Source of the DNA: a virus
IMG/VR virus record: IMGVR_UViG_3300045988_151125
Reading direction: 5' to 3' (one strand)
Length of the DNA stretch: 35,690 nt
In this document: piece after piece, positions 6,905 through 16,114 of the stretch
How the letters are laid out: each line of letters starts with the position of its first letter
How positions within the stretch are numbered: the stretch's first letter is position 1
Translations under genes and position numbers: made by a program
Notes under the pieces: generated by a model
Told to the model about the DNA's origin: nothing
Databases searched by the model: none
Seen by the model: the letters and a program-made list of their open reading frames with translations, nothing else

Positions 6905-7166
6905 CCCCCGCCGCTGGTGGGGCATATATGTCGCCGACGCCGCACGAGGCTGACGCGATACCCCGCAACCGTTCGGCGGGTACAGTTCGGCGGTGCTTGT
7001 GCGCGAGCGACGCGCACCCCCCGCCCGCAGCCTGTTTCCGCTGGGCGGGTTCAGATGGCGCGCAGCGGTCAAAGGCAAGTGCCGCAAGCAGGCTTGCCGC
7101 CCGGTTCGACACCGGGGCGCGCCACAACTGCGGGAAAACCGTAAAAACACCATAGGAGGCAAGACC

Positions 7167-7526
7167 ATGGAAGGTAATTTAATCAGCATCGGCGAGTGTA
7201 GGTGCTGCCACCAGACACAGACATTAAACGCCCCGGTGTCAACCATCGAGGCGGCAGACGAAGCCGCGACCCTGTTGTGCAGCTGCCCACAGGGGCAAAT
7301 TGTCCGCCGCCAGATGCAGCAGCAGAAAATTATCAAGGATTTGTTCGGCGACGCCGACGACGAACAGCTTGAATTGCTCAATCATACGGCAGAGGCGGTG
7401 CGCGACATGGGAGTCGAAACCGCCCAGATCAAGCTCGACGGCGGCGTGGTTGCAAAATTTAAGGTGAAAGACGGCGCTGTTGTTATTACCCGCGCATATA
7501 AGAGCGAGCGCCAGCGCAGCATTTAA
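7167..7526 (+). CDS. Hypothetical Cys-rich protein
   Basis: ATG with RBS TAGGAGG. Contains CRCC...CSC motifs. Confidence 0.6.
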   Translation: MEGNLISIGECRCCHQTQTLNAPVSTIEAADEAATLLCSCPQGQIVRRQMQQQKIIKDLFGDADDEQLELLNHTAEAVRDMGVETAQIKLDGGVVAKFKVKDGAVVITRAYKSERQRSI

Positions 7527-7538
7527 GGGGGCGAAGAA

Positions 7539-8147
7539 ATGGTAACTATTGACATTCGGAACGCCGGAGAAGAGCTGCAACGCTCATTTTGCGCAGAAAA
7601 GCGCCGGGAATTTTGGGAAATCCTCGACGCGGCACTGGCAGAAGCAGACTGCAAAAGCGTCTGCCCGGCAGAGTTCAGGGAATGGCTGGACAAAACAGAC
7701 TTTTTTACAGCGCCCGCTTCGACAAGATTTCACGACGCCAACCCCGGCGGGCTAGTCGCACATAGCATTGCCGTCTACCGTGAGTTGACGAAGATCATCG
7801 ACGCCCACGATCACCAATACAAATATGACGACCTTGCACACAAACAGGCAACCGTCGCCGCCCTGCTGCATGATGTCTGCAAGATTGACTGCTATCACGC
7901 CACAAATAAAGACGGCGGCGCGAAATATACCTACAGAGACCCGCTGCCGCTGGGTCACGGTGAAAAATCGGTTATGCTGCTGTTGCAGCACGGGTTTAAG
8001 CTGACAGAGGTCGAAATGCTGGCGATTCGCTGGCATATGGGCGCGTACCGCGACCGCGACGCGCGGGAGCTTGACGCAGCGCAGAGAATCCCGCTGGTGC
8101 TGCATCTGCATCTTGCGGACATGATGGCGAGCCGATGGGAGGGGTGA
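7539..8147 (+). CDS. HD-domain metal-dependent phosphohydrolase
   Basis: H..(AHSIAVY)...LLHDVCK...GHGEKS...RWHMG pattern. RBS AAGGGGG. Confidence 0.7.
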   Translation: MVTIDIRNAGEELQRSFCAEKRREFWEILDAALAEADCKSVCPAEFREWLDKTDFFTAPASTRFHDANPGGLVAHSIAVYRELTKIIDAHDHQYKYDDLAHKQATVAALLHDVCKIDCYHATNKDGGAKYTYRDPLPLGHGEKSVMLLLQHGFKLTEVEMLAIRWHMGAYRDRDARELDAAQRIPLVLHLHLADMMASRWEG

Positions 8148-8149
8148 CA

Positions 8150-8395
8150 ATGCGAAACAAATTGAAAAGCCTGTGGCGCTGGCATCGTACCCTATGCCGG
8201 AAATGCCGCCGCGAAGCCGATTACCCCTGCCGGGGCTGCGGTGAAATCGCGCTGGTCAAAGCGCTGGCGGCAGAAAATAAACGTCTGCGCGAAACCATCA
8301 ATTTGCTGGCCGTGAAAAAGGCGTTGCAGAACGCTGGGACGCTTGACCCGGCGGATCTTCCGTTCCCGGAGGTGCTGAACGAATGCAAGCGGTAA
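8150..8395 (+). CDS. Hypothetical zinc-ribbon-like protein
   Basis: CRKC...CRGC motif. Confidence 0.55.
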   Translation: MRNKLKSLWRWHRTLCRKCRREADYPCRGCGEIALVKALAAENKRLRETINLLAVKKALQNAGTLDPADLPFPEVLNECKR

Positions 8396-8880
8396 TTTTG
8401 AGTATTCGTAAAGAGTGGGCGCGGCTGATTCTGTCCGGCGACAAAACGCTGGAAATCCGAAAGACTAAGCCAAACTACTGCGCGTTTACAATTTCAAAAG
8501 CCGCCTACCCGCTGCGGGTGTTCCTGTACGAGAGCAAGGCAAACGGCGGGCGCGGCATGATCGTGGGCTGGGTGGATTGCGAGGGCGTACAGGAAATCCC
8601 GGCAGACGCCGACGCCGAAACCGTCCGCGCTACCGCCGCCCGTGCCTGCCTGCGGGTGCAGGATTTTGACACCTACCGGCGCGGGAATAAGTCCTACATC
8701 TGCCAGCTGGGCGGGCGCACCGTCTACGCCTGGCGGCTGGGCGAGCCGCACAAAATCGAGCCGTTGGGCTTGATGCGGTTCGGCATCGACCGCGCGCCGC
8801 AGAGCTGGCAATGGCTGCGCCCGGAGTTTGCGGACGCCCGGCGCTATGCCGCACCGCCAACCATTGAGGGCACGGAATGA
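8383..8880 (+). CDS. ASCH/PUA-like domain protein
   Basis: N-terminus ILSIRKEWARLILSGDKTLEIRKTKP resembles the ASCH signature. Confidence 0.55.
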   Translation: MQAVILSIRKEWARLILSGDKTLEIRKTKPNYCAFTISKAAYPLRVFLYESKANGGRGMIVGWVDCEGVQEIPADADAETVRATAARACLRVQDFDTYRRGNKSYICQLGGRTVYAWRLGEPHKIEPLGLMRFGIDRAPQSWQWLRPEFADARRYAAPPTIEGTE

Positions 8881-9940
8881 CAGCGCCGCCGTTTTACCTG
8901 TATACACAGACGCCCGCGCCGGATTGCTTTCTGCTGGGTGACAGTTTCGAGCTGCTGCCGCAGATCGCGGCGGGGTCAGTCGATCTTGTGCTGCTTGACC
9001 CACCCTATTATATAGGGAAAGACAAATGGGATAATTTCGACGGTCGCGCCGATTATCTCGATTTTATGGGGCGGGCGTTTCTGAGTGCGGAACGGATACT
9101 CCGGGATAGCGGAACGCTTGCGTTTTGGCACAACGACCTTGTGAAGCTGTCGTGGCTGGTCGAGTGGCTGGCGGAACACACTGCCTTTACCCTCAACAGC
9201 TGGGCAGTGTGGGTCAAGCCAAATTTCCGCCGCAAGCTGTGGCTGAATCCCGGCGAAAACAACACCCTGCGCAGTTGGTTCAACATCTGCGAATTTCTGG
9301 TGGTGTTCGTCAAAACGACACCGGGCACGGCATGGAACAAAACCGGGCTTGCGCTGGCAAAGCTGGACTTGCAGAATTTCGGCGCGCTGCGCGACTACTT
9401 CCGCCAAGTGCAGGAATACACCGGCGCAAGCAAGCGCGACATTATAGCCGCCTGCGGGCAGGCTGCCGACCATTGTTTCCGCTGGAATAGCAGTCAATGG
9501 AGTTTGCCGACCCGCGAAACCTATCTGGATATAACTGCCACCTACCAGCTGACAAACTGGGGGGCTATAAAAGTTATGACGAACTCGCCGCAATGCAAGA
9601 CGAACTTACAGCGGAATGCAACCAGCAGATTCAAGACGTCGAGGCGCACCGCTATGTGCATAACCTTGACCCTGCGCATTGCAATGTGTGGCAAAGCACC
9701 GAGCCGACGACCGGGCATAGCATACACAGCTGTCAAAAACCTGTTGACTTGCTGGAACGCATCATCCGCACCCACACCAACCCCGGCGATACCGTCTGCG
9801 ACTTTTTCGCGGGAAGCGGCAGCACTGGGGTGGCGGCAGTACATACCGGGCGGCGCTATATCCTGATAGAGCGCGAGGCGCGCTACCAGCAGCCCGGCGC
9901 GGCGTGGATAGCCGCCGAAAAGAACAAAGCGAAGCCGTAA
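8877..9940 (+). pseudogene. DNA methyltransferase (N6-adenine/N4-cytosine, beta class) split by a frameshift in a G6 run
   Basis: Frame 1 carries motif IV LLDPPYY. Frame 2 (from ~9560) carries HSCQKPVDLLERII and motif I DFFAGSGSTG. The frames meet at GGGGGG (9559-9564), and one extra G would fuse them. Confidence 0.8.
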
Positions 9941-10188
9941 AGCCCGCAACGCACACAGCGCTGCGGGCTTCGGACAAGCGGTCGAAGATGACCGCTTGCC
10001 GGGCTTGTATGGGGTAATAAAATCAGAACGATTTCCAACACGCCGGGGAAAGGGGTGCAGGGGAAAACGAGGGCGCGGGCAGATCACTGACCCATAACCG
10101 CCAACGAGACCCGCGCCCGGTGTTGTTCCCTGCAAGCGCAGCCCCATCACTCACTGGCTAAAATACAAAATTTTACAGCGAGGGAATT

Positions 10189-11073
10189 ATGCCAAGACGA
10201 TACCAAAGGGAGCGCCGCTACATCTGCGGGCAGAGCCGTGCGGCTGCACAGTACCAAGAGGTCGAAATATACCCGATATGCGAGGGCGCGCAGGCAAGCC
10301 GCGAACTTGACCGGGCAAACGGAAAACCGCCACAGTTTCGCGGAACGCCAAAAGCACAGGCAAACCACAACGCCAAGGTTGCCCGCCGCTGGTTCTGCCG
10401 CTTGCTGGTTACAAATTTTGACGATCACGACCTGCACATCACACTGACCTATGCCCCGGACAAGCGCCCGGAAGATGAGACACAGGCGTGGCGGGATTTC
10501 AAAAATTTTTTGTGCCACCTGCGCACAGCTTGCAAGCGGCAAGGACTGCCGCCGCCTGAATGCCTCGCGGTGCTGGAATGGCAGGAAGCTGACCCGGACA
10601 CCGGGCAAAAGGCGGTTGCCCCGCATTTCCACGTTGTGTTGAAATGCGGGGTTGACCGCGACACCGTGGAACGTGCGTGGCACAGAAAAGGCGAACGTCT
10701 TGGCAGAGCCAACGCCGACCGCCTACAATTCGACGGCGGCAGCCTCGAAGCCCTCGCCAACTACTTGATGAAATACCCAAAGCGAAAGCACCGATATTTC
10801 CGCAGCCGTGGAATAAAAAATCCTGTCATGCCGCAGCCGCGCGACGGCAAATATACGCGGTCACAGGTCGCCCGCATTGCCACCGACAGCGGGCGGCTGA
10901 ACGACCGGGAATACTGGGCGCGGAAATATCCGGGGTGGGAGCTGACCGAGGCGACCGCCACATATAACGATTTTCTGGGCTGGTCTATCAGTCTAAAGAT
11001 GCAGCGAAAGCGAGGGCAAGCCGATGGGCGTGGACATAAAAAGCCTAGGGGCAGCGGCACAAGCTCAGGTTAA
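10189..11073 (+). CDS. HUH rolling-circle replication initiator (pC194/Rep_1-like)
   Basis: Motif 1 is HITLTY, motif 2 is PHFHVVL and motif 3 is LANYLMKYPKRK. Confidence 0.75.
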   Translation: MPRRYQRERRYICGQSRAAAQYQEVEIYPICEGAQASRELDRANGKPPQFRGTPKAQANHNAKVARRWFCRLLVTNFDDHDLHITLTYAPDKRPEDETQAWRDFKNFLCHLRTACKRQGLPPPECLAVLEWQEADPDTGQKAVAPHFHVVLKCGVDRDTVERAWHRKGERLGRANADRLQFDGGSLEALANYLMKYPKRKHRYFRSRGIKNPVMPQPRDGKYTRSQVARIATDSGRLNDREYWARKYPGWELTEATATYNDFLGWSISLKMQRKRGQADGRGHKKPRGSGTSSG

Positions 11074-11548
11074 AGCAGAGCTAGAGCGCCGCGCCCGCCT
11101 ACGGCAGACGGCGGACACCGTTGCCGCCGCCCGCGCAAGCCCGCTGTTGCCGGGCGCGGACAGTAAGCTGGAGCAGGACTATTATGCCGCCTGTATCTAC
11201 CCGGACATACTGGCGGGCAAGGTTGCAAGCTGCGAACTGCACAAGCGTTTCGAGCTGTTCCCGGCTGCTGATTTCTGCGGGCTGCATCTGCCGCCAGCAC
11301 ACTACACACCTGATTTTTTCATCACCTACGCAAACGGCACGGTCAAGGTCGTAGAGGTCAAGGCAGCGAAAATTCGCAAGCTGCAACGCGACTACATCTA
11401 CCGCCGCCGCCTGTTCATTGAGCTATACGCCCGCCCGCGCGGGTGGGCGTTTGCAGAATACATACCAGACAAGGAAAGGAAATGCAATGAAAACTTTAGC
11501 CGAAACCCTCGCGATGATCGAGGAACAACAGAAAGCCCTAACCCCTGA
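11024..11548 (+). CDS. DUF1064-like PD-(D/E)xK nuclease-fold protein
   Basis: SKLEQDYY...ELHKRFELFP...YTPDFFITYANGTVKVVEVKA pattern. Confidence 0.6.
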   Translation: MGVDIKSLGAAAQAQVKAELERRARLRQTADTVAAARASPLLPGADSKLEQDYYAACIYPDILAGKVASCELHKRFELFPAADFCGLHLPPAHYTPDFFITYANGTVKVVEVKAAKIRKLQRDYIYRRRLFIELYARPRGWAFAEYIPDKERKCNENFSRNPRDDRGTTESPNP

Positions 11549-11840
11549 CGCTGCGCCGTGGTGCGTCGGCGAACAGCTGAAAGACATCATCAAGGAAACG
11601 CCAGAGCTTGCACCCATCGTCGGCGACGATCTCGACAAAAAGGGCTTTGCCCTGACGGACTGCGAAAAGAAAATCGCGGATTTTGCCAAGAAACACGCGA
11701 AAAACGGTGTCGGCTTTTGCGGGCCAGCGCAAGCGGACAAGATTATCCGCGAGTTTTACGGCTTGACGAATGTCACGCCCACCCCGGCGGAACAGCCGCA
11801 GCGCCGCAGGATCATAAGCCTCGCCGACTTCATGGACTAA
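11487..11840 (+). CDS. PcfK-like protein (family that includes AcrIIA9)
   Basis: The layout ..ALTDCEKKIADFAKKHAKNGVGFCGPAQADKIIREFYGL resembles PcfK, and the gene sits directly upstream of a PcfJ-like gene. RBS AAGGAAAGGA. Confidence 0.45.
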   Translation: MKTLAETLAMIEEQQKALTPDAAPWCVGEQLKDIIKETPELAPIVGDDLDKKGFALTDCEKKIADFAKKHAKNGVGFCGPAQADKIIREFYGLTNVTPTPAEQPQRRRIISLADFMD

Positions 11841-11854
11841 GGGGGGGCGGCATT

Positions 11855-13498
11855 ATGGAGATTATCGACTTGTTACCAGATGCGCCGGAAATGAAAGCCG
11901 CACAGGTGTGGGAGTGGCTGAAAGCCAACGGCAACGCCGGGCAAGAAGTTATCCGCTACACAACCGAACGGCTGCGGCATCCCCTGACAGGGGCGTCGGA
12001 GTGGTTCGCGAAATGTGACTGCACCGCCTGCGGCGCTGTGTGGCATGAACGGCTTGCCGCTGGCGGCGAGGGCGGAAAGTACAAGTATTTTCTGACCGCC
12101 GACGGCGAGAAGCGCAACGGCATGGGCATGACCTGCCCCACCTGCGGAACGTATGCGGTTATAGCCCACCGCCGCAGGCTGGACGACTACCCCATCATCT
12201 ACAAAAAATACTTGTGGGAAATCCGCAAGGCTGGCGGCTGCGTTATGTTCATCAACTGGCTGGCGGTGCGCGAAATCGGCTACGACTACGACGGCCTCGA
12301 AATGTGCAAGCGCAACGCCTATGTGCTCGACCCCGGCGGGCGGTGGCATCGCTTTACGGCTATGGAGCGCGGCGGCTGGTCGCCTATGTGCCGAATGGGG
12401 TATATGGACACATGGCGAGAAACGGAGCGCTTCGAGGTCGCGGACGGCAATTTCGCGTATTTGCTGCCCCATGCGCCGGACGTCTACGAGGAAACGTCGT
12501 TGGAAAACGCCAAGCTGGAAAAGCTCGAAGGGCTGCGCGGGCGGAGAAACACCGCCGATCTGCTGCAATACGCCCGGATTTTCCTGCGCCACCCGGTTAT
12601 TGAGAATATAGCCAACACTGCCCCAGAGTTGTGCGCCTGTTTGTTGGAAAGCGCGCAAACAAGAAACGGCAGCATGTCCGTTGCCGGGCTGGATTGGCTG
12701 GACTGGACGGCGAAAAAACCGCACGAAATTCTGCGCATGAGCAAGCCGGAATACACAGCAGCGGCGAAGATGACGGATCCGTACGAAATTGCAAAACTGG
12801 TAAGCCGTCAACACGCTGTTGCCATCTGCCTGAAATATGCAGCGCCGCGCAGCTATGCGGACGTTCTGGGTTATGATGGTACATATTGGGCGGAAAACAA
12901 CGCGAAGCTGTGGCTGTTGCAGAAATATGGCATCGTGCGCACATGGAATTATATCAAAAAGCAAGGCAGCTCGCGCCTGTGTCTTGATTACTGGACGGAC
13001 GCGGTAAGCGCCGGGTTTGACCTCGACGACGATGCGGTAGTATTTCCCCACGACGTCAAGGCGGCGCAGGCACGAGCCACCGCCGCCATTAAGTACGAAA
13101 CGAAGAAAGAGCTGCGGGAAAAATTCAAAAAAATGGCAGAAAAAATCTCTTGTTTGCGGTACGAAAAAGACGGCTTGCTGATTATCCCGGCTGAGAACGA
13201 AAACCAGCTTATTGCCGAGGGGAAATTTCTGCATCACTGTGTCGGCGGCTATGGCAAGGAACATTGCGGCGGGAACTGCATATTTTTCATTCGCCGCGCC
13301 GATGCGCCGGACGTGCCGTTCTACACCTTGCAACTAGACACCCACACCGGCAAGGTTATCCAGAACCGGGGCGAGAAAAACTGCGCCAGAACCGCAGCGG
13401 TACAGGCATTTGAAAACGCATGGCTGCGGGAAGTTGTGCGGCCGTGGATTTTGAACAAGCAGAAAGCAATGAATAATTTCGCCGCGCCTGCGGCATAA
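11855..13498 (+). CDS. PcfJ-like protein
   Basis: C-terminal EGKFLHHCVGGYGKEHCGGNCIFFIRRADAPDVPFYTLQLD motif. The ATG at 11855 follows a GGGGGGG RBS. The upstream 99 codons of the ORF track are rejected. Confidence 0.65.
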   Translation: MEIIDLLPDAPEMKAAQVWEWLKANGNAGQEVIRYTTERLRHPLTGASEWFAKCDCTACGAVWHERLAAGGEGGKYKYFLTADGEKRNGMGMTCPTCGTYAVIAHRRRLDDYPIIYKKYLWEIRKAGGCVMFINWLAVREIGYDYDGLEMCKRNAYVLDPGGRWHRFTAMERGGWSPMCRMGYMDTWRETERFEVADGNFAYLLPHAPDVYEETSLENAKLEKLEGLRGRRNTADLLQYARIFLRHPVIENIANTAPELCACLLESAQTRNGSMSVAGLDWLDWTAKKPHEILRMSKPEYTAAAKMTDPYEIAKLVSRQHAVAICLKYAAPRSYADVLGYDGTYWAENNAKLWLLQKYGIVRTWNYIKKQGSSRLCLDYWTDAVSAGFDLDDDAVVFPHDVKAAQARATAAIKYETKKELREKFKKMAEKISCLRYEKDGLLIIPAENENQLIAEGKFLHHCVGGYGKEHCGGNCIFFIRRADAPDVPFYTLQLDTHTGKVIQNRGEKNCARTAAVQAFENAWLREVVRPWILNKQKAMNNFAAPAA

Positions 13499-13512
13499 CG
13501 GAGGGCTGAACC

Positions 13513-14478
13513 ATGAACGAAAACCAGATGACATTTTTCGAGAATACAACACCCGCACAGGCGGACGCGCTGGCGCTGCACTATGAAATTATGACCGCCG
13601 CCCGCGCTGCGGCGGACAGTCTGCTGAATCTGGGGCGAAAGCTCAAACAGATGCGCGACACCGGGCATTACAAGGATCTGGGCTTCGACACGTTTGCCGC
13701 CTATACCGAAACGGCGGTCGGCATCCGGCAGCGGCAAGCCTATAATTACATTTCCGTTGTGGAGAAACTGCCCGCCCAGCTCATTGAAGAGAACGCAGCA
13801 GCGGGCGTCACAAAACTGGCACTACTTGCAAAACTGGGCCCGGACGACCGTGAAGAAGTTGCTGCCGATGGGCTGGCAAATATCACGGTCGCCGAATTGC
13901 AGAAGATCATCGACGAACGCAACAACATGGCGGAGCAGCTGGCAATGTTTGAAACTTCCCCGGCGGATACCGTCGAAGCCGACGCCCACGAAGTTGACAT
14001 GGAACAGCTGCGGGCTGAGATTGCGGCAGAGCTGGAAGCCAAACACGCCGCCGCGCTCGAAGCAGCAAAGGCAGACGCCCAGCGCGAGGCGGAAAAGGCT
14101 GCCGCCGATAAAATCGCCAAAGCCAAGGCGGACGCCAAAGCCAAGGCGGAACGGCAAATCGCTAACGCCCGCAAGGAAGCCGCCGACGCTGCTGCCGCTG
14201 AACAGGCAGAGAAAGACCGGGCAGAGCTTGCCGCCGCCCAGCAGCGGGCAGCAGAAGCCACCCAGCGGGCAGCAGAAACCGCCAAGCAGTTGAAACTTCA
14301 AGCGGACGATACCGGCATCAAGTTCGGCTTGTTGTTTCAGGATATGCAGGACAAGGCGTACAGTCTGGCAGACCTCGCCGGAAAGCTGGCGGAAGCCGGG
14401 CGGATTACAGAGGCAGACAAATACCGCCAAGCCCTGCACAATGCGCTGCTGTTGCTGGCGGAAGAGGTGCTGAAATGA
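13513..14478 (+). CDS. Putative DNA-binding protein with a long Ala/Glu/Lys coiled-coil (DUF3102-like N-terminus)
   Basis: LGRKLKQMRDTGHYKDLGFDTFAAYTETAVGIRQRQAYNYISV, followed by low-complexity AEKAAADKIAKAKADAKAKAE. Confidence 0.6.
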   Translation: MNENQMTFFENTTPAQADALALHYEIMTAARAAADSLLNLGRKLKQMRDTGHYKDLGFDTFAAYTETAVGIRQRQAYNYISVVEKLPAQLIEENAAAGVTKLALLAKLGPDDREEVAADGLANITVAELQKIIDERNNMAEQLAMFETSPADTVEADAHEVDMEQLRAEIAAELEAKHAAALEAAKADAQREAEKAAADKIAKAKADAKAKAERQIANARKEAADAAAAEQAEKDRAELAAAQQRAAEATQRAAETAKQLKLQADDTGIKFGLLFQDMQDKAYSLADLAGKLAEAGRITEADKYRQALHNALLLLAEEVLK

Positions 14479-14741
14479 TGGGTGTAGTTTCGGAGTGCTG
14501 GCTGGCGTTCAGCGTGATGGTGCGCACCGTCCTGTTTCTGGGCGCTGGGCTGGCGGGCATTCTGCTGGCGGGCATCGTAGTTCTGGCGGTGCTTGCGATC
14601 CTCGCGGCAGCGGCGGGGGCACTGTTCGACTTTACCACCGACAGGCTGGCGCGCCGCTGGAACAAGACAGGACGCCGCCCGAAAGGACGCTGGGCTGCGA
14701 TACTGGAAAGGGGCTGGCATGACAAACACAGAGAGAAATAG
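14475..14741 (+). CDS. Small membrane protein
   Basis: ATGA overlap with the upstream gene. Two hydrophobic segments. Confidence 0.55.
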   Translation: MMGVVSECWLAFSVMVRTVLFLGAGLAGILLAGIVVLAVLAILAAAAGALFDFTTDRLARRWNKTGRRPKGRWAAILERGWHDKHREK

Positions 14742-15171
14742 CCGCCGCGCGGAAGCGGACGAAAAGAAGCGGGCGCTGTCCGTATACCTCGAAGCGCTGA
14801 AAGAATTGCATTATTGGAACGGTAAACTTGCAGACCTGCGCGCCAACGGCGTAAAGATCACCGCCAACCTGTCGGGAATGCCGACAAGTGGCGGCGGCAC
14901 TACCAGCAAAACTGCGCTGTTTGTCGAGCAGCTGGACGCAGCAGAGCGAAAGGAAGCCGCAGCCCTGGCGGTGGCGCGGACGCGGTACGCGGAAGTGTCT
15001 GCGCTGATCGAAACCGTGCAGGAGGCAGACCAGCGGAACGTCCTGCGCTGCCGGTATATTGACGGTTTGACATGGGAGCAAGCGGCGGAACGGCTGGGCT
15101 TTTCCCGGCAGTGGACGACGCTAAAACACGGAGAAGCGCTCAGAGCTTTGCAGCTACCGCCAAAAAATTAG
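14719..15171 (+). CDS. Late-gene transcriptional regulator with a sigma-70 region-4-like HTH (ArpU/RinA/DUF1492-like)
   Basis: QRNVLRCRYIDGLTWEQAAERLGFSRQWTTLKHGEALRAL. Located immediately before the packaging module. Confidence 0.55.
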   Translation: MTNTERNSRRAEADEKKRALSVYLEALKELHYWNGKLADLRANGVKITANLSGMPTSGGGTTSKTALFVEQLDAAERKEAAALAVARTRYAEVSALIETVQEADQRNVLRCRYIDGLTWEQAAERLGFSRQWTTLKHGEALRALQLPPKN

Positions 15172-15218
15172 AAACTTTTAGTCATTACTTGCTTTTTGTT
15201 TACAATCTGCCTGTGGTA

Positions 15219-15246
15219 TAGTGTAAGCACGAAATGGTCGAGCGAA
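15219..15246 (+). promoter_or_regulatory. 9-bp-stem hairpin in the gap before the late operon
   Basis: AAATGGTCG-(10 nt)-CGACCATTT followed by AGTTTTATG. It could be a terminator/antiterminator target or a packaging-related structure. Confidence 0.35.
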
Positions 15247-15283
15247 AGCCCGACCATTTAGTTTTATGCGGGGGTGGGTGAAA

Positions 15284-15619
15284 ATGTACAACCCTGACGC
15301 ATATCCGGCGAACTGGGTTTTGCAGTTAATTGCAACCGACAACCTACACGCTTTCTACACGTCGCCAGAGTGGCGACACACCCGGCGGGAAGTCATGAAA
15401 CACCGGAAGCGCTGGTGTTGGGATTGCGCCCACAAAAGCCCGGCGGTCAAGAAGCGCGGCAACACTGTCCACCATGTCAACGAACTGCGGCAGCGTCCAG
15501 ACCTTGCCCTGTCGGAGTACGACGAACAAGGGCGGGTCAATCTGGTTGTGTTATGTCCGTCCTGCCATTGGAAGAGACACCACAAGCGCCGCGTGGAGGT
15601 GACGCCGGAACGCTGGTGA
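15284..15619 (+). CDS. HNH endonuclease (packaging-associated)
   Basis: WCWDC...HHVNE...LCPSCHWKRH HNH/zinc motif. Sits upstream of the terminase genes. An alternative ATG lies at 15266. Confidence 0.8.
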   Translation: MYNPDAYPANWVLQLIATDNLHAFYTSPEWRHTRREVMKHRKRWCWDCAHKSPAVKKRGNTVHHVNELRQRPDLALSEYDEQGRVNLVVLCPSCHWKRHHKRRVEVTPERW

Positions 15620-15805
15620 CAGCATACCCCCCACCCCATGAAATCAAATTTCCCTACCCCCGGCGGGACCGACAGGGATACCTGACAGAGTAGCGGCTCG
15701 CGCGTGTGAGCAAAAAAGGTGTAAAAACTATATAAGTACCCGCGCCCGCGCGCGGGCATAGGGCTTGCAGAAAATCGCCAAAATCGGCAGAAAGGAGCGC
15801 AGAAA

Positions 15806-16114
15806 ATGACAGCTTCGGACGTCCGCGCAAGTTTGCAGCGGCAGTTGCAGGAACGCGGCGCAGAAACGCCGCACTTCCTCGCGCTGATTGATGATTATAT
15901 GTTTTATTATCAGCAGGAAAAGAAGATGCAGGCGGCAGTTAAAAAGGGGCTGACGGTCAAAGCCAAAAGCGCGGCGGGTAAAGAGTACGACAAGGAAAAC
16001 CCCGCAATCAAGGCGGCGGCGCTGTACAGCAAGCAAAAGCTGGCGATTCTGCGCGAGTTGGGACTGACAACCGACACTGTGCCGCCGGTCGATGAAAGCG
16101 GCGGCAACCTGTGA
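15806..16114 (+). CDS. terS: Terminase small subunit (P27 family-like)
   Basis: ~100 aa, positioned directly before TerL. The ..LIDDYMFYYQQEKKMQ..KENPAIKAAALYSKQKLAILRELGLT pattern matches the family. Confidence 0.75.
   Translation: MTASDVRASLQRQLQERGAETPHFLALIDDYMFYYQQEKKMQAAVKKGLTVKAKSAAGKEYDKENPAIKAAALYSKQKLAILRELGLTTDTVPPVDESGGNL

Noticed and set aside
9566-9866. C-terminal ~100 residues of ORF 8877-9866.
   Set aside because: Out-of-frame read-through past the G6 run. The overlapping frame (9497-9940) carries the genuine methyltransferase motifs.
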